Below, one piece after another: positions 1-10,244 of a stretch of DNA of 64,000 bases (position 1 is its first letter; each line of letters starts with the position of its first letter). The DNA lies in contig JAFGTP010000011.1 of assembly GCA_016934035.1 (NCBI GenBank), positions 60,486 to 124,485 of the forward strand. Direction: 5' to 3'. The position numbers and the translations under genes are program-made. Source of the DNA: Fidelibacterota bacterium. GTDB lineage: Bacteria; Fidelibacterota; UBA2242; JAFGTP01. The notes under the pieces are model-generated. The model was not told where the DNA came from, did not search any database, and saw nothing but the letters and a program-made list of their open reading frames with translations.

Positions 1-75
1 AACCTGAATTTCTTTTCCTGCTGAATTTCCAGTCATCAGCAGAATAATAAGCAAATAGTATTTTAATGAATTCAT
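1..75 (-). CDS. 5' end of a probable secreted protein running off the window edge
   Basis: Minus-strand ATG at 75 reads MNSLKYYLLIILLMTGNSAGKEIQV to the edge; signal-peptide-like. Confidence 0.55.
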   Translation of the reverse strand, partial: MNSLKYYLLIILLMTGNSAGKEIQV

Positions 76-132
76 GTTACACCATAATAATCTGATAAAT
101 GATATTAAGACATTGAAACTATTATGTCAAAT

Positions 133-163
133 AAAAAAAAAGGCTGACATTTTGCCAGCCTTG
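133..163 (-). terminator. Rho-independent terminator after the FadL-like gene
   Basis: AAGGCTG...CAGCCTT stem; the A-run on + is the U-tract on -. Confidence 0.7.
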
Positions 164-182
164 AAGTCTGATTTTTTGATTT

Positions 183-1496
183 TTAAAAAAAAAAAGAAGT
201 TGTAATAATCAAATTCTGACTGTTGTATTTTCGGTAAATCGGATATTCAAAATATTCCTTGTTAATGGTGCTTTTGCCCAGTTCAAATTGATAGGTCAGG
301 CCCATATGAAAATTGTTAAGCAGCTGAGTTTCGAAACCAATTCCGGTCAGATGGACTTTTTCATCTCCTTCTGGCAAATCATAATAGGGAAGGGTGATGA
401 TACGATGACCCAGGTTAAACCTGTAGTTATCAAAAAAGTTTGTGGAACATCCAAAACCCCAATCAAAGGTTGTTTTCAGATTGTTGCGTATTTCGCTATT
501 GATCCTTTTATCCGTTGAGAGGCCATCATCATCGGTTAAGTTGGATTGAAATTTCATATTGTGCCAATCCTGCATTTTGACATCGAACAGGAGCATAATG
601 TTTCCCAAACGGTATTCAATACCGGTTGAAACGGCACTGGGTGATTTAATTTGGTAAGTGATTCGGTCGGAATAATTTTCTATTTCTGATGTACCATCAT
701 CATAGGTCCATTTTTCAGAACCATCGTAATCCTCATCGACATGCAGGATAAAGGGTGTGGATATATTGGCGCCAAATTTAAAGAATTCTGTCTTATAGAG
801 CAATCCGACATTGAGGTTTATACCGGAATAATCCGGATTGACAGCAACATTTTTATGGATCGCGCTATAAAGAAAATTATCACTGATATCCCTATCCGTA
901 AAATTGTACTCCTGGTTTTGATTCCCCCGGTAATAATTGAGAGAAGTGCCTATGTACAGGTTCTTTTGCCATTCAAAAGCCAAACCGGCACGGGTGACAT
1001 TCATAGTCCCCGATTTTTCAAAACTGTTATCTACCGTAAAGGGTGCATCATCATATATAAAATCGCCAATCGCTTCTGCATGATCAAAATAATTTGCGAC
1101 GGTAGAGTGGGACAGGCCAAAAACAAAACTGCCCCGATAAACAGGCACGGGTATGACCAGGTTGATTCCGTCCAGGTTTGTTTTTTTCAAATCAGAATGG
1201 TTAAAGGTACTATTAATGAGATTATCGGAATAATTGAATTTGGAGTCTTGTGTCAAATTATTATTTCTGAAAGAAATACTGATTGAAAGCCTTTTGGTTT
1301 CCCCTAAAATGGCCGGATTGGAAGCCAAGGCACTGACACTATTTGATGAGGCCGTAGTGTTATTGGCGAGAGCAGCATTGGCGCTACCAAAATTTTGAAA
1401 ATACCATAAGGGATTAATGCAGTCCTCAAAGTTTTGGGCTGAAACCAGGGAGAATGAAAGGACCAAAAGAAAAAACAGTTTTTTCAACATCGGCAA
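183..1496 (-). CDS. OmpP1/FadL-like outer-membrane beta-barrel protein
   Basis: Signal peptide, N-terminal GSANAALAN...SNPAILG motif typical of FadL/PorV-like barrels, alternating beta-strands, terminal Phe. Confidence 0.75.
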   Translation of the reverse strand: MPMLKKLFFLLVLSFSLVSAQNFEDCINPLWYFQNFGSANAALANNTTASSNSVSALASNPAILGETKRLSISISFRNNNLTQDSKFNYSDNLINSTFNHSDLKKTNLDGINLVIPVPVYRGSFVFGLSHSTVANYFDHAEAIGDFIYDDAPFTVDNSFEKSGTMNVTRAGLAFEWQKNLYIGTSLNYYRGNQNQEYNFTDRDISDNFLYSAIHKNVAVNPDYSGINLNVGLLYKTEFFKFGANISTPFILHVDEDYDGSEKWTYDDGTSEIENYSDRITYQIKSPSAVSTGIEYRLGNIMLLFDVKMQDWHNMKFQSNLTDDDGLSTDKRINSEIRNNLKTTFDWGFGCSTNFFDNYRFNLGHRIITLPYYDLPEGDEKVHLTGIGFETQLLNNFHMGLTYQFELGKSTINKEYFEYPIYRKYNSQNLIITTSFFF

Positions 1497-1505
1497 AACT
1501 CCTTT

Positions 1506-2744
1506 CTATTTTTTGGTTTTGCTTTTTGAACTGCTATTGGAACGACTGGAACTGCCTGCGGATGTAGCCTTTGATGAACTGGACGATCTGCTTGAACTAA
1601 CTGAACTTCGTGTGGGTGTGGATTTGGTGGATGAGGAAGAACTTCTGTTTGAAGAAGAGGAACTACGAATAGACCTGGAGGATGACGAACCGGAGTTGGC
1701 GCTGGATTTAATTGAGGTATTGTTATTAATTCTCGTTCTCGATGGTTTCGAGTAACTCTGGTTTGGGCTTGTGGATTTGACGGAGTTGGTTGACTGTTTT
1801 TTGTCTGATGAAGATATTGTCTCATTTCTGTCGGAAGTTTTGTTTTTTATTCTGGAAGAGTTGACAGGTGTTGTGTTATTGGGTTGAGATGCTGAATTGC
1901 CGGTGCTGGTATTGTTTGATATACCGGAAGTTCTGTTGACGTTTTCTGTTGTTGAAGTTGTTGTTGAATGGCCTGATGTAACGGATGTTGAGGAACTCAA
2001 TGGCATTCCGGAAACTGTCGCTGTATTGAGTTTGAATGAATCCTGATCTGGATATTTCTGCCGGACGAGATTTTTATTTTGAGATTGATTTCTGTTGCTG
2101 GTGGTTGTTCCGTTTACGATTCCTATTGGTATTTCATCATTGGTGGTGGTGATTGTTCCACCTGCCCTTGATATCTGCATGGGAGAGTAAGTGGGGGTTG
2201 TAGAAACTTCCCTTGGAGAAAGTTTTCGATCTTTTTCTTTTTTAATTTTTCCAATTTGTCTGGAATCGTCACTGAAATGATGGGATGAACCACCATAGTA
2301 GCCGCCTCCGCCACGATGCCACCAGGCATAATTATAATAACCTCCCGGATAATAATGGCCATAATACCAGTGAGAGTTCCAATAGCCCGGGTGCCGATAT
2401 GTATAATAGTAATCGTCATAATAATAAGGATAATATCCATAATAATAATCCCAGGAAGACCAACCATAGGGTCTGTAACGATAACTCCAGGGAGAGGTGA
2501 AATAATTAAAGGAAAAATAGGGAGAATCGTAGTAATAAGGATCATAGCCGTAATAATTGTAGTTGTTGATCATTGTGCCGAATTCATAGTCACTATAGCC
2601 ATCATCATAATTATCTGACGTATATGCACCTTCTTCTTCCACGGTGATGTTTTCACGGATCACATCGGGAGAGGATATTTGAGTATAGCAAGAGGTCATT
2701 GCCAGTGCAAATATCAGAATTAAAATTGTTTTTATATACTTCAT
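1506..2744 (-). CDS. Lipoprotein with Tyr/Trp/Gly-rich core and long Ser/Thr/Asn/Arg low-complexity tail
   Basis: Start at 2744 (GGAGG upstream), lipobox AMTSC, composition visible in the translation. Confidence 0.8.
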   Translation of the reverse strand: MKYIKTILILIFALAMTSCYTQISSPDVIRENITVEEEGAYTSDNYDDGYSDYEFGTMINNYNYYGYDPYYYDSPYFSFNYFTSPWSYRYRPYGWSSWDYYYGYYPYYYDDYYYTYRHPGYWNSHWYYGHYYPGGYYNYAWWHRGGGGYYGGSSHHFSDDSRQIGKIKKEKDRKLSPREVSTTPTYSPMQISRAGGTITTTNDEIPIGIVNGTTTSNRNQSQNKNLVRQKYPDQDSFKLNTATVSGMPLSSSTSVTSGHSTTTSTTENVNRTSGISNNTSTGNSASQPNNTTPVNSSRIKNKTSDRNETISSSDKKQSTNSVKSTSPNQSYSKPSRTRINNNTSIKSSANSGSSSSRSIRSSSSSNRSSSSSTKSTPTRSSVSSSRSSSSSKATSAGSSSRSNSSSKSKTKK

Positions 2745-2795
2745 ATGGCCTCCGTTGTTATTATTTATCATAAATGTAAGGATGTTTGTTTTTTA

Positions 2796-4430
2796 TTACA
2801 AGTCTTTCATTTCTGAGTTGATATTTTGTGATCTGGTTAACATTGTCCGGTAAAAGTTTACCCATTTTAAAGGACTTTCATTTTTAAACTTAATTTGAAC
2901 CTGAGTATTTTCGGTAATGAAATGAAGGGTTTTGCCTCCTTCGGCATAAAGTTGTTTGATATCAGAAAAGAGGTATTCATATTGTTTCTTTCCATTATAT
3001 ATAAATTTACTCTTTTCGATGACTAAGGTTCCCTGATCCATCTTTTTTATATGGGGAAAATTGCCAAGATAAAGTTCAGTTTCATGACTTTTATACCTTT
3101 CCTGTTCAATGGAAAAATTTTGAAGGCGATGATACCAATATCCGAAGGATTCTTTTAAATTATTAATTTCCAAATGATTATCTTTGGTGATTTGACCAGT
3201 CGCCCGACAGCTGCAACATTTAATTTTATCATCTTCATATTCACGCATGGCATCAATATCTCCGCATATTGGACAGCGCCAAAACAGATTTGTTAAACCG
3301 GAATTAATTCTTTTATCGGATAAAATTTTGTTTTTAAAGGTTTGCTCATCTGAATGGATGGTATTCTTTAAATTCTGTTCAAATTTTTGAGGGGATAATT
3401 TTTTTATATTTTGTATTGGCGGATGAAATCGTACCTGAACTCGGGCTCTTCTGATATTATCGGCCCATCTTGGCCACAAGGCATAAATGCCGGCAATGGA
3501 TACAGGTATAATGGGGACGGGAACTTTTTGTAACAAGCGGATGACACCATCAGGAAATTCCGAAGGTTCCCCAGTCCAGCTTCTTTGACCTTCAGCAAAA
3601 TAACCGACAGCGTAGCCTTCATGCATTAATTTAAAAAATTTTCTAATTCCAGAAGGATCTTTTGTAAATCGTTTAATGGGAATTGACCCCATTTGGTGAA
3701 AGAAAAAGCGGTTTAGTTTCTTTTTAAAAACATCTGCCGTTGTTAAAAATCTGATATTTCGGAAAATACCGCCACCAAGAAAAAAAGGATCAGCATAGGA
3801 AAGATGGTTTGCGATAAAAAGGACACCACCTTTTTCCGGGATATTTTCAATGCCCAAATACGTGACCGGATATTTTAGCCGGAATAAAAGACGAATAATT
3901 GCCTGGGCAATCAACCTTGACAGATGTGGGGACCTGATTTTCGGTCTTTTTAATGTTAGAAAAAATGGCACTTCCGAGCTGTAGTCGATGTATTTATTTT
4001 TAAATTCAGTTAAACATTTCTTTTCGTAAAAAAAGTAGAGATAAAATAGGGCAATCATAAAAAATAAAGGTGTGAAAAAAAATAATCCTGTAAATGAAGG
4101 AAATAGGATTAACAATGAAAGGAGCATCATAAAATAGGTGTAAAAGACTGGATGCCTTGATTGCAAAAACATGCCTTCCCAGATTATCCTTTTGGGAAGT
4201 GAAAAGGGAAACGGTATTTTTTCTGCGCAAAGATAAAATAATATAAAATTTTTCAGTGTCAGGTATAAAAAAAAGAAAAAGAAACCTGAAAATAGTACGA
4301 TTAGAAAACCGGGTGGGGCAAATTTAACTGCCAGCCAATTATCAAAAAATTTAGATAGAAAAAGAACCGCTGCCGGAAAAATAAAAAAAATGGTCGTTGT
4401 TTTTAGGGTTTTGTGATCTGTTTTTTTCAT
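2796..4430 (-). CDS. Fusion: ICMT/PEMT-like membrane domain + PlsC-family acyltransferase + Cys4 zinc ribbon
   Basis: GMFLQSRHPVF and YEKK..L..F...Y..Y...VPFF (ICMT-like); NHLSYAD and FAEGQRS (PlsC blocks); CPIC...CCSC; start taken at MKKTDHK. Confidence 0.75.
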   Translation of the reverse strand: MKKTDHKTLKTTTIFFIFPAAVLFLSKFFDNWLAVKFAPPGFLIVLFSGFFFFFLYLTLKNFILFYLCAEKIPFPFSLPKRIIWEGMFLQSRHPVFYTYFMMLLSLLILFPSFTGLFFFTPLFFMIALFYLYFFYEKKCLTEFKNKYIDYSSEVPFFLTLKRPKIRSPHLSRLIAQAIIRLLFRLKYPVTYLGIENIPEKGGVLFIANHLSYADPFFLGGGIFRNIRFLTTADVFKKKLNRFFFHQMGSIPIKRFTKDPSGIRKFFKLMHEGYAVGYFAEGQRSWTGEPSEFPDGVIRLLQKVPVPIIPVSIAGIYALWPRWADNIRRARVQVRFHPPIQNIKKLSPQKFEQNLKNTIHSDEQTFKNKILSDKRINSGLTNLFWRCPICGDIDAMREYEDDKIKCCSCRATGQITKDNHLEINNLKESFGYWYHRLQNFSIEQERYKSHETELYLGNFPHIKKMDQGTLVIEKSKFIYNGKKQYEYLFSDIKQLYAEGGKTLHFITENTQVQIKFKNESPLKWVNFYRTMLTRSQNINSEMKDL

Positions 4431-4556
4431 AGATTTTTTCTGAGTCTTTCTCAGAAAGAATCTAAAATTCGACCAATTCCAAAACAATGAAAATTTTATT
4501 TACTTTTTTATTTTAGTTTTTTGCATCTAATTTTCCAGCAATCGGGAACTGATCAG

Positions 4557-5129
4557 ATGAAAAAAATATTGATTATTGATAACTTTGATTCCTTTACCTA
4601 CAACTTATTTCAGCAAATTCAAAAATTTTATTGCGGTAGGGTTGAAGTATATCGGAATAATGTGTTGTCATTGGAACAGATTGATAAAGAAAAGTATGCT
4701 GCTTTAGTGATATCACCGGGCCCCGGAAGACCCGAAAATGCCGGAATATCAATTGCAGCCATTGGATTTTATGGTGAAAAACTTCCTGTTTTAGGTATCT
4801 GTCTGGGTATGCAGTGTATCAACGAAGTTTTTGGTGGTTATACGAGAAAGTGTTTATTTCCGGTCCATGGTAAAGCCACGCCAATTCTCAATAATGGAAC
4901 AGGCTTGTTTGAAAATGTTCCTAAAAAATTTAAAGTAGCGCGATATCATTCCCTGGAAACAGGGGGCATTCCTGATGTATTGAAAATCAATAGTCAGACC
5001 GGGGAGGGGGTTGTGATGTCCATCATGCATCATGATAAACCAGTTTTCGGGTTGCAATTTCATCCGGAATCTTTTATGACTGAATACGGTGACCAGTTAA
5101 TAATAAATTTTCTAAAATATGTTAAATAA
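4557..5129 (+). CDS. pabA: Aminodeoxychorismate/anthranilate synthase glutamine amidotransferase subunit
   Basis: IDNFDSFTYNL, SPGPG, GICLGMQ, RYHSL, QFHPES; operon context with pabB/pabC. Confidence 0.9.
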   Translation: MKKILIIDNFDSFTYNLFQQIQKFYCGRVEVYRNNVLSLEQIDKEKYAALVISPGPGRPENAGISIAAIGFYGEKLPVLGICLGMQCINEVFGGYTRKCLFPVHGKATPILNNGTGLFENVPKKFKVARYHSLETGGIPDVLKINSQTGEGVVMSIMHHDKPVFGLQFHPESFMTEYGDQLIINFLKYVK

Positions 5130-6465
5130 GTTTATAAAAATTAAAAATTATGAAATTCATAAACTAAATTATGAAAATCCCATCGAGGTTTTTGAAAATC
5201 ACGCTCATCAATATGGCAGTGTGGTTTTGACAGGGAAAGGCGATGAATCCAATTCCCGGTTTTCAATGATTGGATTTTTACCGAATTTTGAAATGGTTTA
5301 TGACGGCTATGACGTTTTGGTGAATGGTGATCCGGTGGCAGGTACGGTATGGAATATTTGGCATCGGTTACTTCATGAATCTGCTTTTCATGAATTGGAA
5401 TATCCGGCCAGTTTATGCGGCTTTGTTGGTTTTGCAAGTTATGAGTTGGGAAAAGGTCTTGAGTTCTTGCCAAAAACCACGATTGATTCATATACAATGC
5501 CGGTTATTCAGTTATTGACTTATGAAAATTATATTATATTTGACCATTCGAATAGAGAGGTATGGCATATCAATTTCAACTATGAATCTACCTATAAAAA
5601 AATAATTCAAAAGGTTGTTGATCAATCGTTTGAAATTTTTAATATTCAACCGGAAGCCAACAGAGAAGAATATAAAAATAAAGTTACCAGAATAAAAAAT
5701 TATATCCTTGAAGGAGATGTTTATGAGGTCAATCTGACACAACAGATCAAGGCTGATTTTAATGGCGATGGATTTTCTCTTTTTAAGAGGCTTTACAGCA
5801 AAAATGACGCACCATATTCCTGTTATTTTAATTTAGACAGATTACAGATTGTTTCGAATTCGCCGGAATTGTTTCTCAAAGCAATAGGCAAAAGTGTTGA
5901 AACACGGCCGATTAAAGGTACAATTTCCCGAAGTGATGATCCGGTCCTGGATAATATTAACAAAGGGACTCTGTTAAATTCAGAAAAAGATCAGGCTGAA
6001 TTATTTATGATTATTGATTTATTAAGAAATGATCTGGGTAAAGTATCCAACATCGGCAGCGTGAAAGTGATAAACTCCAAAAAACTAGAATGTTTCAAAA
6101 ACGTTTTTCATCTGGTTGGTATAGTGGAATCGGAACTAAGCCGGGATCATGATTACATTGATCTGATAAGGGCAACATTCCCCGGTGGATCAATTACTGG
6201 GTGCCCGAAAATCAGATCGATGGAAATTATTGATGAACTAGAAACCTACACACGGAATCTCTATACGGGATCAATTTTTATTATGAACAGAGAGTTTTTG
6301 AATTCGAGCATTGTTATACGGACTGCAGTAATAAAGGACCAGGAAATTTTTATAAATTCCGGTGGTGCGATAACAATCGATTCGGATCCGGAACAGGAAT
6401 ATCAGGAAATGACAGAGAAAATAAAAAATATTATGGAGTCACTTGGAAATGATTGTTTTTCATAA
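5119..6465 (+). CDS. pabB: Aminodeoxychorismate synthase component I
   Basis: SPELFL, RPIKGT, MIIDLLRNDLG, FPGGSITGCPK; PIKGT favours PabB over TrpE. Confidence 0.9.
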   Translation: MLNKFIKIKNYEIHKLNYENPIEVFENHAHQYGSVVLTGKGDESNSRFSMIGFLPNFEMVYDGYDVLVNGDPVAGTVWNIWHRLLHESAFHELEYPASLCGFVGFASYELGKGLEFLPKTTIDSYTMPVIQLLTYENYIIFDHSNREVWHINFNYESTYKKIIQKVVDQSFEIFNIQPEANREEYKNKVTRIKNYILEGDVYEVNLTQQIKADFNGDGFSLFKRLYSKNDAPYSCYFNLDRLQIVSNSPELFLKAIGKSVETRPIKGTISRSDDPVLDNINKGTLLNSEKDQAELFMIIDLLRNDLGKVSNIGSVKVINSKKLECFKNVFHLVGIVESELSRDHDYIDLIRATFPGGSITGCPKIRSMEIIDELETYTRNLYTGSIFIMNREFLNSSIVIRTAVIKDQEIFINSGGAITIDSDPEQEYQEMTEKIKNIMESLGNDCFS

Positions 6466-7225
6466 AAAATCTTATTTGGAAGACACAGAGGTAAAAATTG
6501 CAGTAAATTCACCCGGATTTCAGTATGGTATGGGTTTTTTCACGTCGCTTAAATTTATCGATGGACAAGCCCAATTTTTAAATTACCATCTGGAGCGAAT
6601 ATATCATTCCTGTCGAGTTTTCAATATTCCCTTTAATCCCATTGATATAAACAAGATCATCGAAAACCTCATGAAAAAAAATAATTTGCTGGAATCCCGT
6701 ATAAAACTAATCATTTACGTCGATGAAGACTTAATGGGGCAATATCTGATTATACCTCAGAACCTGATAATAAATAAATATGAAAAGAATTTGGATTCAG
6801 TGGCAGTAGATCGGGGAGATTTAATCCTGAATCACCACAAATCGCTAAATTATTTTGATAATATTCGAATGAAAAATACAATCAGAGAAAATTTTGATGA
6901 CTTAATATTGTTCAGTAAAAAAGGACAGGTTCTGGAAGCAACGACTTCAAATATATTTTTCTTAGACAAGGATACGCTATATACACCTCCTTTAAATCTA
7001 CCGATATTAAACGGAATAATAAGAAGGGTAATTTTAGAATCGCAGGATATCCGGTGTGTGGAAAAGGAAATTTCCATGAATGAAATCATAGATTTTGCGG
7101 CTTGTTTTTTGACCAATTCAATAAAAGGAATTATACCTGTAAAATCAATTGTGTATAAGTCCAAAAGAATGATTTTTAATTGTGAAAATATTAATAAATT
7201 ACCGTCTAAATTATTAATGCTTTAG
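6443..7225 (+). CDS. pabC: Class IV aminotransferase, probably 4-amino-4-deoxychorismate lyase
   Basis: GFQYGMGFF, HLERI, HKSLNY, EATTSNIFF, LNGIIR, TNS; follows pabB. Confidence 0.8.
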   Translation: MEMIVFHKKSYLEDTEVKIAVNSPGFQYGMGFFTSLKFIDGQAQFLNYHLERIYHSCRVFNIPFNPIDINKIIENLMKKNNLLESRIKLIIYVDEDLMGQYLIIPQNLIINKYEKNLDSVAVDRGDLILNHHKSLNYFDNIRMKNTIRENFDDLILFSKKGQVLEATTSNIFFLDKDTLYTPPLNLPILNGIIRRVILESQDIRCVEKEISMNEIIDFAACFLTNSIKGIIPVKSIVYKSKRMIFNCENINKLPSKLLML

Positions 7226-8137
7226 GTGAAGATTATGAATTTTATCAATTATCATTTAGGTGAATTGGCTGCTTTGGCAACAGCGATTTGTTGGGCCGGG
7301 AATGCCATGTTTTTTGAAAATGCCGGGAAAAAAGTAGGTTCGTTTGCGGTAAATTATTTCAGATTGTTCATCGGGCTGTTTTTTTTGAGTATTTTTACCA
7401 CCCTTACCCGGGGTCATGTATTTCCGATTGATGCTGATGCACACACTTGGTTTTGGTTGTTTGTTTCAGGAATTGTCGGTGTTGTAATTGGCGATATGTT
7501 TCTCTTTGAAGCTTTTGTGGTGATTGGCGCAAGAATTTCAATGCTGATTATGTCCCTGGTTCCTCCTACTACAGCATTAATGGGCTGGCTGATACTCGGT
7601 GAAAAAATGAACTATTTGGAAATTTCAGGAATGACAGTAACCGTAATCGGAATTTCCATCGTCATCCTTGAACGGGACTCATCAAGTAAACAAATGAAGC
7701 TCAGTCATCCTGTGAAGGGGGTATTATTTGCGTTAGGTGGCATGTTGGGCCAGGCTGCAGGATTAATCCTCAGCAAGTATGGGGTTAGGGAATACAATGC
7801 CTTTGCTGCAACTCAAATCCGTTTGATTGCAGGTATTTTTGGCTTTACCATCATTTTTATTTTTAGAAACAACTGGAAAAAATTAGGCTGGGCATTGAAG
7901 GATTTTCATGCTATAACCCATATTGCAGCCGGTTCTTTTCTGGGGCCTTTTATCGGTATTTCATTATCGTTGATTGCAGTTCAGCGGGCCAAAGTTGGAA
8001 TTGCTTCCACATTAATTGCACTTTCACCGCTGATAATTACGGTTTTTTCAATAATTTTCAGACATGAAAAAATTTTTCTGAAAGAAGTTTTTGGAATTAT
8101 TATTGCGCTCTCAGGCGTCGTAATTTTCTTTTTGTAA
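7226..8137 (+). CDS. DMT/EamA family transporter
   Basis: About 10 hydrophobic segments in two EamA-like repeats. Confidence 0.85.
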   Translation: MKIMNFINYHLGELAALATAICWAGNAMFFENAGKKVGSFAVNYFRLFIGLFFLSIFTTLTRGHVFPIDADAHTWFWLFVSGIVGVVIGDMFLFEAFVVIGARISMLIMSLVPPTTALMGWLILGEKMNYLEISGMTVTVIGISIVILERDSSSKQMKLSHPVKGVLFALGGMLGQAAGLILSKYGVREYNAFAATQIRLIAGIFGFTIIFIFRNNWKKLGWALKDFHAITHIAAGSFLGPFIGISLSLIAVQRAKVGIASTLIALSPLIITVFSIIFRHEKIFLKEVFGIIIALSGVVIFFL

Positions 8138-8361
8138 ATTAGGTCTTTTAGGTTCTATCGGTGTTATATTAAAATTGATTTGAACTTAAACTGATTTTAT
8201 TTTAATTAGTAAAGAATTCTGATAAAGTTTTTATTTAGATATTTGAAGGATGCATTACAATAAAATCCTAAATTCAAAATGTTATATTTAAGCTTGATTA
8301 TTATGTTTTTTTTTGTAATTTTTAGTAAGAGAAAACCGAATTGAAAAAAGAGGAGAAAAAA

Positions 8362-8928
8362 ATGCGCAGATTTCGTTTTTTGTTAACTATAGCCACCATC
8401 ACATTTATTTTTGTTGCTTGTGCCAAACAAGCCGTGGTTGAAGAGCCCGTTGTCACTGAAAAACCTCAGGTTGAAAAACAGGCCCAGCCTGTTGTTGAAC
8501 AAAAGGTTGAAAAGATTGAGGATGCATTAACAGCTGTTGCCGAAGAGGACACAATTGAGATTTTTTACATGGTAAAACCGAATGACTGGTTGTCAAAAAT
8601 CGCCCAGAATGAATATGGGGACAAATCCAAATGGAAATTAATATATAAATGGAACAAGAAAAAAATCGGCAATAATCCCAATTTGATTTTTCCTTATCAT
8701 GAATTCTTACTTAAAAAAGAAAAAGAAAACGCCAATCCGCTCAAATATGAATTTTATGAATACACTGTTAAGAAAAATGAAACTCTTTGGTCAATTGCTG
8801 GTCAAGAATATCAAAATAACTATGCCTGGATTGTCATTCTGAGAGATAATGCAACAGTTCTGGGCTCAGAATTGGATAATATTGTTCCCGGAACAGTTTT
8901 GAAATTGCGGACTAAATTGTATAATTAA
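8362..8928 (+). CDS. Lipoprotein with two LysM domains
   Basis: Lipobox FVAC; YMVKPNDWLSKIA and YTVKKNETLWSIA LysM starts; GAGGAG before ATG 8362. Confidence 0.88.
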   Translation: MRRFRFLLTIATITFIFVACAKQAVVEEPVVTEKPQVEKQAQPVVEQKVEKIEDALTAVAEEDTIEIFYMVKPNDWLSKIAQNEYGDKSKWKLIYKWNKKKIGNNPNLIFPYHEFLLKKEKENANPLKYEFYEYTVKKNETLWSIAGQEYQNNYAWIVILRDNATVLGSELDNIVPGTVLKLRTKLYN

Positions 8929-8948
8929 GGATAGAATACAATGTATTT

Positions 8949-8975
8949 AAAGCGGGAGAAATCTCCCGCTTTTTT
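8949..8975 (+). terminator. Rho-independent terminator
   Basis: AAAGCGGGAGA/TCTCCCGCTTT stem plus T-run. Confidence 0.85.
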
Positions 8976-9047
8976 ATTTTCCGGATATTGAAAATACCAG
9001 CATTATTGAATACTTTTTAGACATATTTTAAAAGTCAGGGTAATGAG

Positions 9048-10052
9048 TTGAAGTTAGCAAAATGGTGGCAAGCGCTTGAAAACCAAAAAATTCAGTGTAA
9101 CTTATGTCCCAAAAATTGTATCATGAACAAGGACCAGTCTGGATTTTGCAAGGTTCGGAAAAACATCGATGGTAAACTTTATTCAATGGTTTACGGTAAA
9201 CCTGTCGCTCTTAATATCGATCCCATTGAAAAAAAACCTTTGTATCATTTTTATCCGGGTACCAAAATTTTTTCGATTGGTACTTTGGGTTGTAATTTTG
9301 CCTGTAAATTTTGTCAGAATTATGATATCTCCCAAAAGGATTTTGTAAGTATTAATCTGAGAGACGTAAGTCCTCAGGAAGTGATAGAATCAGCCATTGC
9401 AAACAGGTGCCAGTCCATCGCATTTACCTATAATGAGCCAACGGTTTTTGGTGAATATGTATTTGATATTGCGAAAATTGCCCAACAAAGGGGCATGAAA
9501 ACAGTAATGGTTACCAATGGGTTTATCAATAGGAAACCATTGGATGAAATTTATCATTATATTGATGCTGTAAATGTGGATATAAAGTCCTTTTCAGAAG
9601 AATTCTATCGTAATATTTGTAGTGGGGAACTCGGGCCTGTTTTAAAGTCAATTAAGCGATTAAATGAATTGGGTGTATTCATTGAGATTACCAATCTCAT
9701 CATACCCGGCATTAACGATAATCCTGTAAGTATTTATGAATTGTTGCATTGGATCGAAATGGAAATGGGATATGATATTCCCTTACATTTTTCTGCTTTC
9801 CATCCTGACTATAAAATGAGGGATGTTGCACCAACGAAAAAAGAGGCCCTGGATGCCATTTACAAGATCGCCAGGGAAATGGGTTTTAAATACATTTATG
9901 AAGGTAATGTCATGGCAGGAACTCATGACAATACCTATTGTCCGCGTTGCGGAAAATTGCTCATAGAAAGAAATTATTTTTCAATTTTAAATAATTCATT
10001 AAAAACAGACCGATGTGATATTTGCGGTGAGAAAATAAATATTGTTCTTTGA
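9048..10052 (+). CDS. amrS: AmmeMemoRadiSam system radical SAM enzyme
   Basis: CNLCPKNC...GFCKVR, DPIEKKPLYHF, GCNFACKFCQN, TYNEP, C-terminal CPRC...CDIC. Confidence 0.88.
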   Translation: MKLAKWWQALENQKIQCNLCPKNCIMNKDQSGFCKVRKNIDGKLYSMVYGKPVALNIDPIEKKPLYHFYPGTKIFSIGTLGCNFACKFCQNYDISQKDFVSINLRDVSPQEVIESAIANRCQSIAFTYNEPTVFGEYVFDIAKIAQQRGMKTVMVTNGFINRKPLDEIYHYIDAVNVDIKSFSEEFYRNICSGELGPVLKSIKRLNELGVFIEITNLIIPGINDNPVSIYELLHWIEMEMGYDIPLHFSAFHPDYKMRDVAPTKKEALDAIYKIAREMGFKYIYEGNVMAGTHDNTYCPRCGKLLIERNYFSILNNSLKTDRCDICGEKINIVL

Positions 10053-10244
10053 TAGTTTATAAATATCAAAAATTAAAAGAAGGTATGAATTTCCAGTTTT
10101 TTTAAATAAAAGTATTGAAAATTAATTATGAATTTGTAAATTCTATATCGTTATTTGTTATACCAAAATTAATAATAAGGAGGGGATGCTGACATTACTG
10201 TCACATCCGGTAAAGTTTTAAATAAAAATGATGGGAGCTATTAA

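Noticed and set aside
185..195. A11 homopolymer encoding the terminal FFF of the barrel as a phase-variation tract
   Set aside because: Long A/T runs are common in this sequence and there is no evidence of length variation
1417..2618. Overlapping alternative ORFs (1417..1755, 1484..1825, 2123..2545, 2316..2618)
   Set aside because: Shadows of the low-complexity lipoprotein gene
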